Source: the human T2T-CHM13v2.0 reference genome, Homo sapiens. Taken from it: a stretch of 64,000 nt of DNA. The notes below the pieces were generated by a model. It saw only the letters and a program-made list of their open reading frames with translations. It made no database searches and was not told the DNA's origin. This document shows, piece after piece, positions 28,523 through 42,197 of the stretch. Position 1 is the first letter of the stretch. The number at the start of each line of letters is the position of its first letter. A program made the translations under genes and the position numbers. The stretch lies in the NCBI RefSeq assembly GCF_009914755.1, contig NC_060932.1. One strand, 5' to 3'.

Positions 28523-28841
28523 GTGGGGCCTCAGGCTGGCTGCTCATCCTGTGGGTCCTCAGTAGGACCAATGGAGAGGGAAGAGGTGTTTCCCCTCCCC
28601 ATGGGCCGAATGAAGACACCATGGAGAGAGGATGATGGTAGTGCTGGGGGCTGTTCTTTGAAGTCCTGACTCGGTCTCCTGCATTCCAGAAAGCACCAGC
28701 ACCTAGAGAAAGGAGGTAGGACAGGTAGAGAATGAGGGTCGAGAACAGCTCCCCTTCTGAGCCTGGTTTGAATGTGATGAGACAGACCAGAGCAGGAACA
28801 TGGAACTGACCCTTCAGCTCCAACCTGGGCCCCTGGCCTAA

Positions 28842-29162
<321 letters not shown>

Positions 29163-30929
29163 TGACAAGATCTGTGGCCTTAAGGAAGGCACCTGCCTCT
29201 GGGGACCCCTTCTTTCCCATTGGTGTAATGAGATGATACGACCAGGTCAGTGCTTCTCAGTTTCAGCTCCATGTTACAGCCATCTTGGAGCTTTAAAGAA
29301 TGTCGATGTCTAGGCCCCACCCCGATCGTGGAATTAATTCGGTATCTTTCAACTCTCCTGATGATTCTGTTGTTCACCCAGGGTTGAGATCACTGGATTG
29401 AGTGACTTCTAAGCCCCCTTTTATGGTCTGTGTGTTTCTAAAAGTGAGGCTGGATGCCTACCTGCAGCAATTTCACCTCCAGTATTTGTTAAAATGCAAA
29501 TTCCTGGGTCTCCCTCAGCCAGACCTGCTGAGACCAAGGAATCTGGGGGGTCCTGCAGGTGAGACCCAGGGATCTGAGGTTTGGTTCTTCTCATACACAT
29601 TAGGGTTTGTAGTAGTTGACCTAGGTCACAGCACACAGCCAGAGGCAAGTCACTTCTGCCTTCCAGATGCTGACAGATTGTGGTAAACTTGTTACAACAA
29701 ATTTGATGTTTGTAATCCCATTCCACTAAGAGTGCTAAGAGTGCAATCCCATTCCACTCTTAGCTTCAAACTTTGAAAATCCGGGCTCTGGTAGGCTTGT
29801 TTGTTCCAATCTACTGGATTTTAGAAACAAGGCCAGGAGTAGGGAGAGGCAGTCGAGGCTCCGAGGGGGGCCCCCTGCTCTCATGCAGACCCTGAGCCTG
29901 AGCACATCCCTAAGGAGAGGCCCCTCGTCCTGGCCCTGGCTGGAGATATTCGGTAACCAGCCTTCTTAGCTTGAAGGCAAGAGGCCAGCATACTAATGAT
30001 TTGAATAGACACAAGTCGTCTTCCAGTAATCCGAAGGCATTAATTAATCCAACAAAAGCCGGGAGCCTGCTCTGTGCCAGGCACTGGGAACACTGAGTTG
30101 TGTCAATTACATTTCACCATCAAGGGGCATGGTTCTTCCCTCTTGTCAGGGGATACTGGAATCCCTTGGAAAGCATTTAAAAATACTAGTGCCAGAGTAC
30201 CCCCTCCACTCACTCCAGATGAATTAAATCATCATCTCTGGGTAGGACCCAGGCCTTAGTCATTTGTAAATCCCTTCAGGGGATTCCAGTCCGCAGCTAG
30301 ATTTAAGAACCAAGGATTTCAGAACTTCCCAAGCCCATCACCACCTGTGTCTGCTAAATCAATTCACAAGGTTTGGCATTTCAGAAAGTGGCAAAAATCC
30401 CAGGCCAGAGGAGGAAAGGAGCCACGGTCTGCCTATCAGAGGCCACAAACTTGCTGTCAGAGAACTTGTCAAGATTTCTGGTCACCCCTTTTAGGGCCTC
30501 TGCTCACAGCACTCAAGGCACCTGGGGCCATTATCAAAGCTCCAAGAGCCACAGGATCAGGCCCAGAGAAGAGCGCAGGCACCGAAGAGTTTCAGAGAGG
30601 ATGACAGAATGTGAGACGCTGTCATGTGCATAACATCCATGAGTCAGCCTGGCAGGCTGGAGCGGGAGGCTGGCCCCATTCCTCACGGGAGGGTACAGAC
30701 CTGGGAAGGGGACAGGATTTGCACCAAGATCCAGAGTGAATGGACAGAGGATCAGAACAACCTGGGTGAGGAGTGTGTGTTTGTGAACCACGGGAGACCT
30801 TTGGGTTTCCTTTTTTGTTTTTGCCTCCAGCTTGGGTATCCCAAGTCCCTAGAACAGTGTTGGCACCATCTTGGCCTAAATGGCAGGTGCCCAATAATAT
30901 TTGTTGAAAGAATGATTATAGATTTGTAA

Positions 30930-30965
<36 letters not shown>

Positions 30966-31201
30966 GTGTATGTGTGAGTCTGTGGATAGACTGGTCAATG
31001 CTTTACAACCAGAACTGTGACCAAAGTCCAGAGGGTTGGGAAAATCAGTCAGCAGACATTACAAACCAACTCTATTCATTTTAATCAAGTTTTTTTTTCT
31101 AAATCAAGAGCATACTGGGGACCAAGAACTATATTCTATACTGGGCAGTATACTGCTTAGTAAAACACAGACCCTGCCTTCATGGAGCTTATAATCTAGA
31201 G

Positions 31202-31404
31202 CTGATTATGGCCATTTTTTTCTGTAAAAGGCTACATAGTAAATATTTTAGGCTTTTCAGGTTACATACAATCTTTGTCACAACCAAACTCGTCACAGAG
31301 CAAAAGCAGCCACAAGCAGTCTGTAAATGAATGGGGGTGGCAACTCCTGTAAATCAGGCATTAGGCTGGATTTCACCTGCAGGCCATAATTTGCAACACC
31401 CCTG
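31202..31404. mobile_element. MER58-like hAT-Charlie MITE with 8-bp TSD (a/g)TCTAGAG
   Basis: ttttctgtaaaagg...atagtaaatattttaggctt...gccataatttgc...cccctg, with TCTAGA target duplication on both sides. Confidence 0.75.
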
Positions 31405-31838
31405 GTCTAGAGCAGTGATCCCTAAACTTTTTTGACCGTGCATCCCATCAGTAAAAAATTCATTTAAAATGCATTCAAAAATTTACATGGATTGATGAAT
31501 GGGTGAAAGAGATGGATGAATATAAAATAAATACAGAAAAATGCTACTTGTAGAATCTAGGCAATAGGCATATAGGTCTTCACTGTACAAGTCCTTCTAT
31601 TCTTTTGTTTGAAAAATTTTTAAATTAAATGTTAGAAAAGAAAAAATTGTTAGCGTCACAGCCCCAAAATATACCTATTTATTTATAAGTGATGTATATG
31701 TACTATTTGCCATATTGTCTACATAAAACATAATTTTATAAGGATGAAGAAAAATCATGTCTAAAAAGTGAGGAAAAATGGCTTAAAAAGCAAATATATA
31801 ATTATTAAGCCTGAGATGCACAATGAAGAAATAAGCAA

Positions 31839-32190
31839 GGCCAGGTGCAGTGGCTCATGTCTGTAACCCCAACACCTTGGGAGGCCAAGGTGGAAGGATC
31901 ACTTGAGCTCAGGAGTTTGAGGCCAGCCTGGGAAACATAGTGAGACCCCAACTCATTTCAATTAAAAAAAAAATTGAAAATTAACTGGGCATGGTGGCAC
32001 ATGCCAGTAGTCCTGGCGGCACATGCCAGTAGTCCTGGCTACTTACGAGGCTGAAGTGGGATGATCACTTGAGCCCAGAAGATTGAGGCTGCAGTGAACC
32101 ATGATCACACTGCTGCACTCCAGCCTGGGTGACAGAGCAAGACTGTCTCACAAAAAAAAAAAAAGAAAAAGAAAAAAAGAAAAAAGAAAT
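31839..32190 (+). mobile_element. AluJ with an internal 22-bp tandem duplication (ggcacatgccagtagtcctggc)
   Basis: Alu body with the duplication at ~31996-32039. Confidence 0.85.
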
Positions 32191-33305
32191 GAACAGGTGA
32201 ATGAATTATATGGAGTGGAGTGAGCCTCGGCTGTTGGCTTGGAAGTAGAATTAATGAAGCATAGGAATAGGAATCAAAGTCACTCAGTCTCTTTGTGTCT
32301 TTGTTCATCTATGCATGAAATCTTAATTGTAGGGAGGCTCAAATGGAATCATAACTATTGTAAACTGTACAGTGCTTGTCTCATGTAACAGCATGTGCTT
32401 ATTCCCAAACTCTCTCAACATGTTGCTGTTACTAATTAAGTAAATCTACTGACAGCTCTGAGATGTACAATATTAACTGGAGCCTGGAGATTCCAAATAA
32501 TTTGAAAGCATAGAATTTTGGTGCTGATGAGAGCCTTAGAGTCATCGAGCTCCACATTTTCATTTTACATATGATTGAACTGAGCTCAAGAAAGGGTAAC
32601 TGACTTGCCCAAAGTCACCCAACAAATGTGATGTAAACTAGGACTAGAAGCTGTGTTACTCAGTGCTCTTGGTGGTGCTAATTCTTTCCCCTTGTACTTG
32701 ACCTTAAGAGGATCTGTGGGAAGCATCTTGCTGAACCTCAGAACAACCCATGCCCTCCCTCACTACCAGGCCCATTCAGGCACCCGCTGGAAAAAGCCAG
32801 GCGTCCTGCTGCTGCCAAGACGTGCTCTAACCACTGGCCAACATGGCCCCCTTAGTAGAGTGCAAGGCTGCCCGTGGGGTATAAAGTGGTGTAATCTTTT
32901 CTGGGCAGCAGTTTGGCAGCTTGTATCAAGGACTTCAAAAATGTTAATACCCTAGGTCCCATAATTCTATTTTAAGCAATTTATCCCAAGAGAATTATCA
33001 TATACACATAACCATCATATATAAGGATTATTTCTAGAATTAAGCATTACTTATATTTATATATCAAGTTTTATTTATGAGCTCAGAAGAAGAGGTACTT
33101 TAAGTGTCCTCAACAGTAGGAGATTCTTACATAATTGCTGTATTATTTATATAGAGTGCCATGCAGATACCAAAAGTAGTGATTTTAAAGTGATTTAACC
33201 CTGGATGGAAAAATGTCCGTGACATGATACTGATAAAGCAGCATCAAAGAAAACAGATGAGATGTTCAGAACATCCCAGTTTTGCTTTTGTTGCCTAAGA
33301 AAGTA

Positions 33306-33758
33306 CAGTAGTCCCCGTTTATCCGCAGTTTCAGTTACCCTAGGTCAATCGGCAACATCATGGCTTGATGATCCCCCTTCTGACATATGGTCAAGGTCAG
33401 TAGTAGCCCAATACTAAGTCACAATGCCTATGTCATTCACCCCACTGCATCTCGTCACGTAGGCATGGTGTCATCTCATGTCAGCACAAGAAGAAGGATG
33501 AGTATGGTACAATAAGATATTCTCAGATACAAAGAGACCATATTTACATAACTTTTATTATAGCATACTGTTCTAATAGTTCTATTTTATTATTAGCTGT
33601 TGTTAGTCTCTTACTAGGCCTAATTTATACATTAAACTTTATCTTAAGTACGTATGTATAGGAAAACACATAGCATATTTAGGGTTCCATACACTGAGGT
33701 TTCAGGCATCCACTGGGGGTCTTGGAATGTATCCCCTGCAGGTAAGAGGGGAACACTG
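33306..33758. mobile_element. MER44/Tigger7-like Tc1-mariner MITE
   Basis: Ends cagtagtcccc.ttatccgc / gcaggtaagaggggaacactg, flanked by TA on each side. Confidence 0.8.
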
Positions 33759-33989
33759 TATATATCTATGTAGCTGAAGAATGGTTATCAATGTAGACAA
33801 GACTAGAAGAAATCCATGAAGACACTGATGGCAGCAACCTTTGGGTGGTAGGAATAAGAATAATTTTTTTTTAATTTTTTTTCTGAATTTTCCCTGTTCC
33901 ATTCTGTGATCAGGTCCTATTTCTAACATGTGGGGTGTGGGGTGAGTTATTCTGTTTCTAAAGGGCCTTGTGGCAAACTCTGGCCATAA

Positions 33990-34247
<258 letters not shown>

Positions 34248-34809
34248 TAGATGGGCTGATGACTGTGATGCAGTGATCTTCAGGGTGGGGCAGGGGTGCC
34301 CTCCCCACGCTACAGTGCCCCAGCACCAAGCAACCTTCACCAGCCTTCTAGGCACAGAGGCTATCCCCAGCTCCCTGCTCCCTCCCCAGCCGGATCTCCA
34401 TCCATTAGAGGAGGGCTGCTACCCTGGGATACTCCCAGGACTGGAGCAGGGGATTCTGGGTGGACCACAGATCTAGCCAGAGTCTACAGGCAGAGAAGGA
34501 AGCCAAAGATAGTCCATTCCCAAAATAGCCTCATGCATCTGAAATGATGAGAGTTTCAAGACCTTGCAAAACCTCCTGCCAGGTCAACCCTTTCCTCATC
34601 ATTGCCTTAAGCTGTGCCACGATTCTTTTCTTTTTTCTTTTTTTTTAATATGTGCCATCTATTTATCTATTTCCATAATTTTAACTTTTGTTGTTATAGA
34701 TTAAGGGACACATGTGCAGGTTTGTTACTTGGTTATATTGCGTGACACTGAGGTTTGGGGGGGTAGAAATGATCCTGTCACCCAGGTAGTGAGCCCAGGT
34801 ACCCAATAG

Positions 34810-35200
<391 letters not shown>

Positions 35201-35691
35201 ATCTACATGTATTCAGTCTTGCTCCCACTTATAAGTGAGAGCATGTGGTCTTTGGTTTTCTGTTCTTCTGTTAATTTGCTTAGGTCATGCCACAATTCTT
35301 GATGTTCTTTATCCCCTGCTTTAACCTGGAACAATCTAAGAGAGAATGAGACAGAAGGAGCAATGATAGAAGGGTTTAGAGTGGTCTTATCTGACGCAAA
35401 TAGAAGGTTCTGGTCTGGCACCAATATACGTGGCTATTTACCAAGCCACTTCTCTGCACCTCGTTCCTCTTGATTGTATTGAATGTATTATTTTGAGAGG
35501 ATTGAATAAGATAACAGATATAAAAATACTGGGAGAAATTTTTAAATAAAGTTTAAATGGGAAGTTCCTGGCCACCTAAGAAAAATTATGAAGATACATT
35601 CTTGAGAATTTGGTGGTGAGAAGGAGGAAACATCCTAAATGCTACATTTCAGATCAGAGTCAAGAAAGTCGGTAAAAATGAGATTCCATAG

Positions 35692-36942
<1,251 letters not shown>

Positions 36943-37207
36943 TGAGGCTTGGTGATCTTGCTGGACACAGAAGTACCTGGTTTTAGGCAAAGTACTAGTG
37001 GGCTAACACAATCCTATAGCAAATGCCTACAGCAGTCGGCAGCTTTAAGAAATGTCCTTGCATTAGCCAGGCATGGTGGTGTGTACCTATACTCCTAGCT
37101 GCTTGGGAAGCTGAGGCAGAAGGATCACTTGAGCCCAGGAGTTCGAGGCTACAGTGAGCTATGATTGCACCACTGCACTGCAGCCTGGGAGACAGAGTAA
37201 GTCCTTA

Positions 37208-37244
<37 letters not shown>

Positions 37245-37527
37245 AGAGAGAGAGAAAAGAAAAAAGGAAAAGAACATCCTTGCAAACCTCTTTTGTAAAG
37301 GTATTATGGCTTCTAACTTTGCCTATTATACAAATCTGGATTTTTGTATTTAGATTTATTTAACCAAGTCCTAATAGAGAAATAAGCAGATCTTGTCTTT
37401 TGAAAACTGTCTCCTCTTTTTTACTCCCTTCCCACCCCCTCATTAATGCTCCCAACCACCCAACCCTCTGCCCCTGGAGGCTGTCACTCTGAAAAACTCT
37501 TCTCCTCTCATCCCCCTCATGTCTTCC

Positions 37528-37896
37528 TTATTTATCAGGGTTCTCCAGAGAAACAGAATCAATAGTGTATGAGAGAGAGAGAGAGACAGAGAGATCCACA
37601 GAAACAGAATCAATAGTGTATGACAGAGAGAGATCCACAGAAATAGAATCAATAGTGTATATATATATAGAGAGATAGACCCAGAGAAACAGAATCAATA
37701 GTGTATAGAGATGATAGATAGATAGGTAGATAGATCCAGAGAAACAGAATAAATAGTGTATAGATAGATGGATATATAGATGATTGATTGATTGATTGAT
37801 CCAGAGAAACAGAATCAATAGTGTATAGAGATAGATGATAGGGATGATAGAAATGGATAGATAGATAGATAGGATAGAGATAAAGAGATAGAGATG

Positions 37897-37939
<43 letters not shown>

Positions 37940-37982
37940 GATAGATAGATCCAGAGAAGCAATCAATAGCATAGAGATAGAT

Positions 37983-38029
<47 letters not shown>

Positions 38030-38065
38030 CTAGAGAAACAGAATCAATAGTGTAGAGTGATAGAT

Positions 38066-38112
<47 letters not shown>

Positions 38113-38234
38113 CCAGAGAAACAGAATCAATAATGGAGAGAGAGAGAGGTGATAGAAACAGAGATGATAGGGATGAGATAGATAGAAAATAGATATAGAT
38201 AGAAGATAGCTAGCTAGCTAGCTAGCTAGCTAGC

Positions 38235-38266
<32 letters not shown>

Positions 38267-38598
38267 GATAGAGATAGATGGATAGATGGATATTATAAGG
38301 AATTGGCTCCTGTAATTAGAAAGGCTGGCAAGTCCAAAATCCGCAGAGCTGATATCCCAGTTTGAAGACCATCAGGCAGGAAGAATTCCCTCTTACTTGG
38401 GGGAGGCTCAGCTCTTTTTTCCATTCAGGCCTTCAACTGATTAGATGAGCCTGCTCACGCCAGGGAGGGCAATCTGCTTGACCCAGGCTACCTATTTAAA
38501 TGTTAATCTTATCCTAAAGCACCCTCACAGAAGGCCCCAGAATTATATTTGACCAATATCTGATCTAGTCAAGGTGACACATAAAATTAACCATCACA
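37528..38598 (-). mobile_element. MLT2 3' LTR of an ERVL provirus, expanded by a compound GATA repeat
   Basis: Reverse complement starts tgtgatggttaattttatgtgtca, preceded by PPT-like aaggggtgggct. Ends ...ctggagaaccctga. Confidence 0.85.
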
Positions 38599-41530
38599 AG
38601 CCCACCCCTTGTCTACTTGGCACCTGTACACATCTCCTTAAACCATACTTAATCTCCAAATAAAGACAACAGTAAGGTCATAATTCCACCTAATGTGATG
38701 CAACTCTCCTGAGTACAACCAAAAACACACACACACTTTCCCCTGAAGAGGAGTTAAAGTCCTTGAGTGAATTTTATTCTTTTGCTTATACCCTGTAACT
38801 TAAATACTATGATGTAAAGTTAACAATATTTGTGCTATAGAGGAGATACATGTTATGTTACACAATAAGGGAATAAGAGAAGACAGAAAACAAAATTGTT
38901 GGCTATACACACACACAGATATATTCATTAAAAAAATAAGGAGGATTGATTACATTCAGAATGTCTGAATGGAGAAATACAGTAAAATATAAGGAGGACA
39001 TACCATAACCATGACAGTCCTTGTTGCTGTCATTGGTCACGTGGTTGTAGCTGGTATTCATCACCACCTTCTTCCACTCCCCATTCTGTATTCCCTTTGT
39101 CTTCAGCAAGCCCCTCATCTGGTCCTGGCTCTTTACCTGCTGGGGTGATCTAAACCTTCCCTCCTGAAGGGTCTGGGCTATAGTATTTCTACCTGGGTGG
39201 GGTTGTTGAATATTCCATTCACCTTACTCACAGGACATGTAATACTATGGGACACCCTGTGGGATCTCCTATATTCCAGACATCCTCTTCCTTACTTCCA
39301 TTGTGGAGTAGCAGTCCAATTTCCCCTTGGCAGTCAGGATCAGTCACCCACACAAGCATAGGAACTCTCTATTTTGCTTGTTGATTCAGAGGCATAAGGA
39401 GCTCAAAGTGGCCAGGTGGCAGTCTTAACTTCCTGTTCAATGGAATCACAGTTGTGTCTCCTGGTAGCAGCATTCCTCCCTTTGGAACTAGACCTCTATC
39501 CCAGCAGAACATAAGGTCATAGGAACAGGAAGTAAAAATTTTCTAGTGGGTCACCAGTATAAGAATAAAAGTGCCACTGCCATTACCTCCCCTTCATTTC
39601 TGGACCTGTGAGTCTGACTTTGGGAGAAACACCACTATGTATTGAATGCTGATTCAGAGCATATACAGCCTCCTGGAGAACCACTCCTAAGCCCCGCAAG
39701 GTACTGCCACCTAGCTGGTGCTGTAACTGAGTCTTCAAAAGGCCATTCCACTGTTTTATCAAGCCAGCTGCCTCAGGATGATGGGAACATGGTAAGACCA
39801 GTGAATTCCATGCCACATTGCCCTACTTCGTCTGCTGTGAAGTGAGTTCCTCAGTCAGGAGCAATGCTGTGTGAATAGCATGACTGTGGATAAGGCATTC
39901 TGTGAGTCTACGGAGGGTAGTTTTGAAAGAAGCATTGTGTACAGGGAAGGCAAATCTATATCCAGGGCAAGCGTCTATTCTGGTAAAAATATTGCCCTTT
40001 CCATGATGGAAATGATCCAGTGTAATCAACCTGCCACCAGGTAGCTGGCAGATTACCCTGGGGGATGGTGCCATGTCAGAGACTCAGTGTTGGTTTCTGC
40101 CACAGCAGATTGGGCATTAGCAGTGGCTATAGCTGGGTCAGCCTTGGTGAGTGGGAAGTCCATGTTGTTAAGCCCATGGGTAACCTCCATACCTGCCACC
40201 ATGCACTCTTTGTTCATGAGCCCATTGGGCAATGACAGTGGTGGCTGGAGAAAGAGGCTGACTAGTATCTACAGAACAGGTCATGCTATCCACCTGATTA
40301 TTAAATCCTCCCCTGCTGGGGTCACCCTTTGGTGAGGATTCACATAGGATGCAAATATCTTCAGTATTTTTGCCTATTTGGAGAGGCCCGTCCACAGACC
40401 TCTTCCCTAAATTTTATTGCCACCAGTTTTTCAGTCATGTTCCTTCCACATCCCTGACCATCCAGCCAAACAATTGGCCACAGCCCATGGATCAGTACAT
40501 AGTCACACATCTGACCATTTCTCCTTCCAAGCAAAATGAACGATCAGGTGCACAGCCCAAAGATCTACCCACTGGGAGCCTTTATCTTTCCCACTGTCCT
40601 TCAGGGACGTCTCAGGAAGGGGCTGCAGGACTGCAGTTGCCCACTTTCAGGTGGTACCTACATGTCCTGCAGAACCATCTGTAAACCAGGACTGAATCTT
40701 CTCTTCCTCCATCAACTGATCATTTAGAACTCCCCATGAGGCCACAGGTGCAGGCTGGGAGAGAGAAGATAGGGTAGCAGGAGCGGGACCCCTGGGCATC
40801 TGGGCCACTTCTTTATGTAACTTATGTGTGCCTTCAGCGCCTGCTCAGGCCAGATCACATGTACACCACTTCCATCTGATGATGGAGTATTGCTCTGCAC
40901 ACGCAACTTTATGGATTAGTGGATCAGCTACCACCCAGTTCATGATTGGTGGCTCAGAACACTGGTCACTTGGTTGCCCATGGTTAAGTGTTTAGTCTCC
41001 ACCAAGGCCCAGTAGAAGGTCAAAAGCTGTTTCCCAAAAGGAGAGTGGTTATCTATGGAGAATGGGAGGGCTGCTTCAAAATCCTAAGGGATTGTACTGA
41101 TTCACCTACAGGGGCCTGCCAAGGGCTCCACACAACATCCCTACCCGCCACTGACACCTCAAGCACCACTGGATCTGCTGGGTCCTATGGCCCAGGCAGC
41201 AAAGCAGCTTGCATGGCAGCCTGGACCTGTGGCAGAGCCTTCCCCTGTTCTGGGCCCCACTCAAACAAGAAGCTTTTCAGGTCACTTGGCAAATGACTAG
41301 AAATACGCACTCTAATGATGAATATGTTACCTCCAAAGTCCAAATCAGCCCACAAGGCATTGTGCCTTCTTTTGGGTTTTAGGAGGGGCCTGATGAAACA
41401 ACTAATCCTTCACCTTAGAAGGGATATCTGTCTCCACATAACCATTCCACTTGACCTCTGGAAATTTCACTGAGGTGGAAGGCTCTCGAATTTTCATCGA
41501 ATTTATTTCCTGTCCCCTGACATGGTAACG
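38599..41530 (-). mobile_element. ERVL (HERV-L-like) internal pol region: degenerate RT/RNaseH, integrase, probable dUTPase
   Basis: Minus-strand ORF fragments HHPEAAGLIKQWNGLLKTQL...VLQEAVYALNQ and FNNQVDSMT...VIAQWAHEQ..HGGR. Many stops and frameshifts. Confidence 0.85.
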
Positions 41531-42082
41531 GAAATCTTCCCACAGTATTTCACCTAAAATACGTATGTGCACGACCTCTAGGGCACAATGTTCCAGGGAA
41601 GGGCATTAGTAAATAGTTCTTATGGTTCAGCCCCTGGCAAGTGTGTGGTTTCATTGAGTTCAAGCTAAGAACAAAGGCAATTTAAAGCTTTCCTGATTAC
41701 AATGCCCATTTACACATTTTGTTTTATTTCAGCCTCACGACAACCCTTGCATGGTAAACAAGGCAGATGTTGGTGACTCTATTTATAGAAAAGTAATCTG
41801 AGGATGGGGGAGGGAGTTTAAAGGAATAAGCACAGGGTCACTCTGATTTAAAATCCTGACCCCTCTCCAATGCTCTGAAATGCACACAATTCAGTGCCCA
41901 CCCAGGAAAGGAGATGCCCAGAGAATGAGTTTGTAGATGCCAACAAGACATTTCTGCTCAGGTCCTGCTAAGCTATAGGGTGTGGGGCAGGGAGTGGGGA
42001 AGAGGGAGATGGCGCCAAAAGTGTTGACAGGGGAACCGTTCTAATATAACCAATAGTACTCTTGAAATTTACACTTGCTGCT

Positions 42083-42197
42083 GTCCTAGTCATGCGTGGA
42101 GTTTTCATGTGTGGAGTTCCATGACTAGGAGTCCTAGTCATGCGTGGAGTTTTCATGTGTGGAGTTCCATGACTAGGAGTCCTAGTCATGCGTGGAG
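42083..42197. repeat. 48-bp tandem repeat x2.4 with internal inverted ends
   Basis: Units at 42083, 42131 and 42179 (partial): GTCCTAGTCATG...CATGACTAGGA. Confidence 0.95.

Noticed and set aside
37545-38140. Repeat-spacer array as a true CRISPR
   Set aside because: Human DNA, no cas genes, spacers are simple microsatellite, and the repeat derives from the MLT2 LTR end.
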